A DNA stretch of 64,000 bases, from contig JBDNRH010000010.1 of assembly GCA_047718535.1 (NCBI GenBank), positions 2,851 to 66,850 on the forward strand, read 5' to 3'. This DNA comes from Sporolactobacillus sp. Lineage in GTDB: Bacteria; Bacillota; Bacilli; Bacillales; Sporolactobacillaceae. The position numbers and the translations under genes were made by a program. Shown one piece after another: positions 59,697-64,000 of this stretch (positions are counted from its first letter, which is position 1; each line of letters starts with the position of its first letter). The notes beneath the pieces are model-generated. The model saw only the letters and a program-made list of their open reading frames with translations, was not told where the DNA came from and did no database searches.

Positions 59697-60608
59697 TTAC
59701 ATGACATTGAGCAAGTGCATTACAATACCAAAGACGAACAGACCGAGAATCATGATGATCGGAGAAACCTTTTTCTTAAGCAGCCACATGCAAAGGAAAG
59801 TCAATGCCAGCGCTGCTAGACCAGGAATTAAGCTGTCAAGGTTATTCTGCAACGTTGTGACCTTGGTCGCTTCAAGGGAGAGACCGGATGCCTGCTGTTC
59901 AAGTGCCGCTTTCACGCCCTGAATGCCGGATGGAAGATGACTCCAGTCAATATAGGCGCCTTTAGACAGTTTGACTTGAGACACAATTGGCGTGAATTTA
60001 ATCGATACCCAGCGATTGACGAGTGCTCCAAGGATGAACATACCGAGGATGGAAGCTCCTTTTGTAATATTCTGAAGCAGTCCGCCGGAAACATCATCAG
60101 TAATTTTGGAACCTGCTTTATAACCAAATTCCTGTGTATACCACATGAACGCCATACGAATAATATTCCAGCCAAAGAAGTAAATAATCGGTCCAAGCAT
60201 ATTGCCTGTCATCGCAAAAGACGCTGCTAACGCCCCGAGGATTGGTTTAACTGTAAACCAGAACGCCGGATCACCAATACCGGCGAGCGGCCCCATCATA
60301 CCGACTTTAACACCTTGAATCGCGACGTCGTCGACCGGTGCACCATTAGCCCGTTCTTCTTCCAGAGCCAAGGTGACACCAATAATCGGTGAAGCAAGAT
60401 AAGGATGTGTATTAAAGAATTCCAAATGCCGTTTAAGCGCAGCCGCGCGGTCTTCCTTAGATTTATATAATTTCTTGATAGCTGGGATCATGGTATACGC
60501 CCAGCCGCCATTCTGCATCCGTTCATAGTTCCAGGATCCTTGAATGAATGTTGACCGCCAGAAAACAGAAAGTCGATCTTTTTTTGATAAATTTAATTTT
60601 TCAGCCAT
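59697..60608 (-). CDS. manZ: PTS mannose/fructose/sorbose-family EIID
   Basis: FWRS..IQGSWNYERMQ..G..Y is the typical EIID-Man N-terminus. 303 aa. Confidence 0.93.
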   Translation of the reverse strand: MAEKLNLSKKDRLSVFWRSTFIQGSWNYERMQNGGWAYTMIPAIKKLYKSKEDRAAALKRHLEFFNTHPYLASPIIGVTLALEEERANGAPVDDVAIQGVKVGMMGPLAGIGDPAFWFTVKPILGALAASFAMTGNMLGPIIYFFGWNIIRMAFMWYTQEFGYKAGSKITDDVSGGLLQNITKGASILGMFILGALVNRWVSIKFTPIVSQVKLSKGAYIDWSHLPSGIQGVKAALEQQASGLSLEATKVTTLQNNLDSLIPGLAALALTFLCMWLLKKKVSPIIMILGLFVFGIVMHLLNVM

Positions 60609-60626
60609 TTTGTGTCCGCCCCCTTC

Positions 60627-61433
60627 TTAATAATTGTCTATGATATCGTCTAGTGGATCGCCAGTGTTCGTATTCCCACCATTACCTGAACCGCCTTGTT
60701 TGGAAAGCGCGAGGTAGATAAGTGCAAGTGCAACACCAATGGCGCCAAGACCGATAAGTGTGATTTGTGTAACCGTCGCCAGTACAAACCCAATGGCGAA
60801 GAATGGCCAAACTTCTTTGGTTGCCATCATATTGATAACCATCGCATAACCTACAGCGACCACCATGCCACCGCCGACAGCCAATCCGCCTGTCAGCCAG
60901 GTCGGCATCGCAGAGAGCAATTCCCGAACAGGTCCCGCGCCAACAGCAAGAATTAAAGCCGCCGGAATAGCAATGCGCACACCCTGCATGCAAATGGCAA
61001 TGATATGCCACATTTCAACTTTGCGAATGCTGCCTTCTCTAGCTGCGGCATCCATGAAATGGACAAACGCTGTTGCGATCGTGCGGCAGAGAATGGTCAG
61101 CAGCAATCCAGCAACGGCAAGCGGAATGGCAATCGCAATCGCCGAAGAAACACCTGCTGTCCCCTGACCACCAAGAACAAGAATAATAGCGGATGCGACT
61201 GAGGCGAGCGCTGCATCCGGCGCCACAGCGGCACCGATATTCGCCCAGCCAAGCGCAATCATTTCAAGCGTACCCCCTAGAATAAGACAAGGAACGACAT
61301 CTCCTGTGACTAAGCCGATTAACGTACACGCAATGATCGGCTGATGAAAGTGAAATTCGTCCAGAATTCCTTCCATACCAGCAAGAAAGGCGACGATAAC
61401 GACCAATATTATTTGAATAATATTTAGATCCAT
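60627..61433 (-). CDS. manY: PTS mannose-family EIIC
   Basis: 268-aa polytopic EIIC-Man sequence between the IIAB and IID genes. Confidence 0.93.
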   Translation of the reverse strand: MDLNIIQIILVVIVAFLAGMEGILDEFHFHQPIIACTLIGLVTGDVVPCLILGGTLEMIALGWANIGAAVAPDAALASVASAIILVLGGQGTAGVSSAIAIAIPLAVAGLLLTILCRTIATAFVHFMDAAAREGSIRKVEMWHIIAICMQGVRIAIPAALILAVGAGPVRELLSAMPTWLTGGLAVGGGMVVAVGYAMVINMMATKEVWPFFAIGFVLATVTQITLIGLGAIGVALALIYLALSKQGGSGNGGNTNTGDPLDDIIDNY

Positions 61434-61462
61434 AATAATAATCCTCCGTTTCTCCTGAAAAT

Positions 61463-62446
61463 TTAAGATTGCTTAACCTTATTTAACTCGTCTTGCGCCT
61501 TCTTAATAATTTCATCCATATTTCCTTTTGAATCATTGGGTACTTTGCGCACGTCGAAATCCAGGCCTGCTTTTTTCAAGCTAAGAAACGTATCAATATC
61601 ATCCTGATTAAAAGCGAGCACTTTATTCGGCTGCACCTTGCCCGGTGAATGCGCCATCGAACCGACATTGATTGTCTTCAGCGGAACACCGCCTTTGACT
61701 GCCCGCAATGCATCTTGCGGGTTTTCAAATAGAAGCAGCGCACGCTCGCCGCCGAAATGCTGATCGTCTTTGGCCAGTTTAATCATCTGATCAACAGGAA
61801 CAACATGTGCTTTGACTCCCGGAGGCGCGGCCTGTGTAATCAGCTTTTTGCGCAGCTCGTCTCTGGCTACGGCATCGGATACAACAATAATCCGCGTCGG
61901 CTGCGTTGTTTTCGCCCAAGCAGTCGCTACCTGTCCGTGGAGCAGGCGGGAATCCACACGTGCCAAGACGTATTTAAATTTGCCCGGCACTCCACCCTTC
62001 GCTGTTCTCTTGACGGATGTCGCTGAAGGCGCTGCCGCGGGTTCCAGCAGTTCCGGTCTTATCTTGATCCCTTCTTTAGCTACGCCTAGAATATGGGCGG
62101 CTACTTCATGTGCCGTCTGCATCGTTGTGCGTGCTGCATACGCTTCAATCAGCATCGGCAAATTCATGCCCGCAACAATAGCCCACTTGTCTTTATGCTC
62201 CTCAAACAAGCTATTCGCCTGATTAAACGGAGTGCCGCCCCAGAGATCGATTAAGAACAGCACGTCTTCTTGGTCGCTGAAAGTCGCAATGGCTTCTTTC
62301 ATTTTCTTCTTAATGTCAGCAGGGCCTTCGTTCGGCATTAAGGTGACCGCTTTGACATTCTCCTGCTCGCCGAAAATCATTGAGCCGGATTGGAAAATGC
62401 CTTCAGCAAAACCGCCATGGCTTGCCAGGATTATTCCTACTCCCAT
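61463..62446 (-). CDS. manX: PTS mannose-family EIIAB
   Basis: IIA-Man N-terminus (GIILASHGGFAEG), Ala/Pro linker, IIB-Man domain (ARVDSRLLHGQVATAWAK). Confidence 0.93.
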   Translation of the reverse strand: MGVGIILASHGGFAEGIFQSGSMIFGEQENVKAVTLMPNEGPADIKKKMKEAIATFSDQEDVLFLIDLWGGTPFNQANSLFEEHKDKWAIVAGMNLPMLIEAYAARTTMQTAHEVAAHILGVAKEGIKIRPELLEPAAAPSATSVKRTAKGGVPGKFKYVLARVDSRLLHGQVATAWAKTTQPTRIIVVSDAVARDELRKKLITQAAPPGVKAHVVPVDQMIKLAKDDQHFGGERALLLFENPQDALRAVKGGVPLKTINVGSMAHSPGKVQPNKVLAFNQDDIDTFLSLKKAGLDFDVRKVPNDSKGNMDEIIKKAQDELNKVKQS

Positions 62447-62503
62447 CGTTTTCTACCTCCTATAATCATCTTTTGAATTTGGCACCGGAGAAACTGTCTT
62501 GAA

Positions 62504-62517
62504 TGATACCGTTTTCA
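62504..62517 (-). promoter_or_regulatory. Candidate CcpA cre site upstream of manX
   Basis: Minus strand TGAAAACGGTATCA matches TGWAANCGNTNWCA at 14 of 14 positions. Confidence 0.55.
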
Positions 62518-62627
62518 AATTATGAATGATTTTAACCGATTCATTACTCGTGATGAAACGTTTCTCACCACCCTTCAAATCATACGAGAAGCGCGGGATT
62601 ATCGAGAAAATACGCAAGTCACATGCA

Positions 62628-63128
62628 CTAGACCAACCCTTTTTCCGAAAGCGATTTCCAAAGATTTTTTGAATTATCATTGGAAACTTTGCGAACATCA
62701 AGCTCAACTCCGCGTTCATGAAACCATTTGAACGCTTCCACATCGGCTGCGCTGACAGCTATCGCATCGGTTACCATGACGCGTGTCGTGTCAAAGCTGA
62801 TTGCACCGATGTTAAGAGATGCAATCTCTATGCCGCCTTCGACAAGCCGCCTAGCGTCAAGCGGGTCCTCAACCAGAATCATCGGCTTGAACCCATCAAA
62901 CCGCGGATCATGATAAATTCTAATCATTTTCTCCACCGTCAGAACATCCGCTCGGATTCCTGGCGGGGCAGCAAGCTTAATCAATGTCCGACGGGTCCGA
63001 TCCATGGCCACACGATCAGAGGCTACTAGAATTCGATTCACCTTGACGGCCTTCGCCCAATTCGTCGTCACCTGCCCGTGTAACAAGCGGCTATCAATGC
63101 GCAGCAGCCGAACGTCCATTGTCATCAT
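62628..63128 (-). CDS. Stand-alone PTS EIIB (mannose family)
   Basis: 166 aa. LRIDSRLLHGQVTTNWAK contains the phosphorylatable His motif of IIB-Man. The start among ATGATGACAATG is uncertain. Confidence 0.85.
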   Translation of the reverse strand: MMTMDVRLLRIDSRLLHGQVTTNWAKAVKVNRILVASDRVAMDRTRRTLIKLAAPPGIRADVLTVEKMIRIYHDPRFDGFKPMILVEDPLDARRLVEGGIEIASLNIGAISFDTTRVMVTDAIAVSAADVEAFKWFHERGVELDVRKVSNDNSKNLWKSLSEKGLV

Positions 63129-63293
63129 GATCCGCCAACTTTTCTTGTGTCATTTCAGAAGTGACTCGTATTTTTCACCGATTGTGGGTATGCAAGCAAC
63201 GTTTCTTTCGTGTAAGAAGAACTCGAGATTATCGAAGCGTTCTCATTTTACAAGACACTTACCAACCTCAGTATCAACTCACACTTTTATATA

Positions 63294-63309
63294 AGCAATT
63301 TTCATGCCA
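63294..63309 (-). promoter_or_regulatory. Sigma-54 (-24/-12) promoter
   Basis: Minus strand TGGCATGAAAATTGCT has the GG and GC dinucleotides in exact register with TGGCAC-N5-TTGCW. A LevR-type activator gene lies immediately upstream. Confidence 0.6.
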
Positions 63310-63365
63310 ATTGTTGTGTATCAAAATAATAGGCCGCTGAATCAACCTTTTCTGATGATGCAGAA

Positions 63366-63401
63366 GCTAAAATGATACACAAAATTGTGTATCATTTTAG
63401 C
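63366..63401. promoter_or_regulatory. Perfect 17-bp-arm palindrome (candidate activator UAS and/or terminator of the regulator gene)
   Basis: GCTAAAATGATACACAA-AA-TTGTGTATCATTTTAGC overlaps the stop codon of the LevR-like gene and is centred roughly 100 nt upstream of the predicted sigma-54 start. Confidence 0.5.
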
Positions 63402-64000
63402 TTTGTATCATTTTTTCTTTTTCTGTATTAACTAATTCGACGATATAATATGTTTCCGAATCTGAAAGCGTAATATTCAATACTTGCCGCAACGACTCAT
63501 TGGCCTGTTTTATAATCGGATATAATTTCTCCGTTCTGACACGAGTAAGTGCCTGCTTATCAGCGCTCATTTCCGACCGTGTCAAATAACGTTCAAGGGC
63601 CCCCGCCATATGCATGATCAAGCTAATTTTAAATGCGTTAGTCATCTTACACTCGGTTTGCTGCTGTATGAGCTCGCAGTAATTCCACAAAACCTTTTCA
63701 ATTTTCACTGGGTTAATGAACGTGAAATACTTTTCCAAATATTGCTGACTCATCTCTTCTGTAAACAATTGTGAATGTTCCTGTGTCTTCACTTCATGTG
63801 CAGGACGATTGTTAATATCTTCAATCAGGCTGACAAAACTCTCCCCCCCACCTTGCAGCAGGTTTTCTAGTGAGACAAAAGGTACAGCAAGCGGCGGTTT
63901 CACAATACCGGTAGTTGCGACAATCTGATAATTTTGTTTAATCTTAGCTATCTGTTTATCCATTGCCACGACCGAAACGGTGAGAACGGTGATATCATCA
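63397..64000 (-). CDS. C-terminal part of a sigma-54-dependent LevR/ManR-type PTS regulator (PRD-containing), truncated by the window edge
   Basis: The reading frame is open to position 64000. The C-terminal region is PRD-like (helical; FKISLIMHMAGALER). Context: sigma-54 promoter plus a mannose PTS operon downstream. Confidence 0.7.
   Translation of the reverse strand, partial: DDITVLTVSVVAMDKQIAKIKQNYQIVATTGIVKPPLAVPFVSLENLLQGGGESFVSLIEDINNRPAHEVKTQEHSQLFTEEMSQQYLEKYFTFINPVKIEKVLWNYCELIQQQTECKMTNAFKISLIMHMAGALERYLTRSEMSADKQALTRVRTEKLYPIIKQANESLRQVLNITLSDSETYYIVELVNTEKEKMIQS

Noticed and set aside
62480-62496. TGGCAC on the plus strand between the orphan IIB gene and manX, as a second sigma-54 promoter
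   Set aside because: It has the wrong orientation for the minus-strand operon, and no TTGC element lies at the -12 spacing.
62550-62568. Palindrome GTGATGAAACGTTTCTCAC as a second cre site
   Set aside because: The central CG is off register by one position relative to TGWAANCGNTNWCA. It is only a partial match, unlike the 14 of 14 site at 62504-62517.

Overview
The window is a 64-kb chromosomal segment from a moderate-GC, endospore-forming Firmicute, probably Bacillales. This placement rests on a gerA-type germinant receptor operon, an alpha/beta-type SASP gene, yhaL and Gram-positive RBS usage. About 60 protein genes are densely packed, mostly on the minus strand. Several blocks are syntenic with Bacillus subtilis: metK (S-box)-pckA-ytkD; glpP-glpFK-glpD; hit/ecsAB-trpP-yhaH-like...prsA-yhaL-yhaM...yhaN-yhaO. 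Other modules:
- tagGH teichoic acid exporter
- glcDF glycolate oxidase
- csoR-copA-copZ copper efflux with its operator
- two MFS pumps with TetR or LysR regulators
- a Mn riboswitch upstream of a TerC-family gene
- liaFSR
- a sigma-54/LevR-type mannose-class PTS operon (extra IIB, manXYZ, manO)
- a YesS-like giant AraC regulator next to an esterase-MFS-M20 amidohydrolase cassette

I found no rRNA or tRNA genes, no CRISPR array, and no transposase, integrase or phage genes. I found no recognisable defence island. The region looks like ordinary core chromosome, and I cannot point to a clear novel multi-gene system.

The features least explained by annotation are:
- a dispersed ~100-nt intergenic repeat family (four loci)
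- a ~260-nt ORF-free, helix-rich, terminator-ended tract upstream of glpP that matches no riboswitch or sRNA class I can recall
- a near-consensus orphan promoter in a ~560-bp ORF-free tract between manO and a csp gene
- a few small unannotated ORFs: an FbpA-like peptide gene with a Fur-box-like site, a candidate two-TM germinant-receptor D subunit, and an upstream ORF overlapping yitT

All calls come from reading the sequence and ORF translations by eye. No searches were run. Start codons were adjusted by RBS inspection and are approximate.
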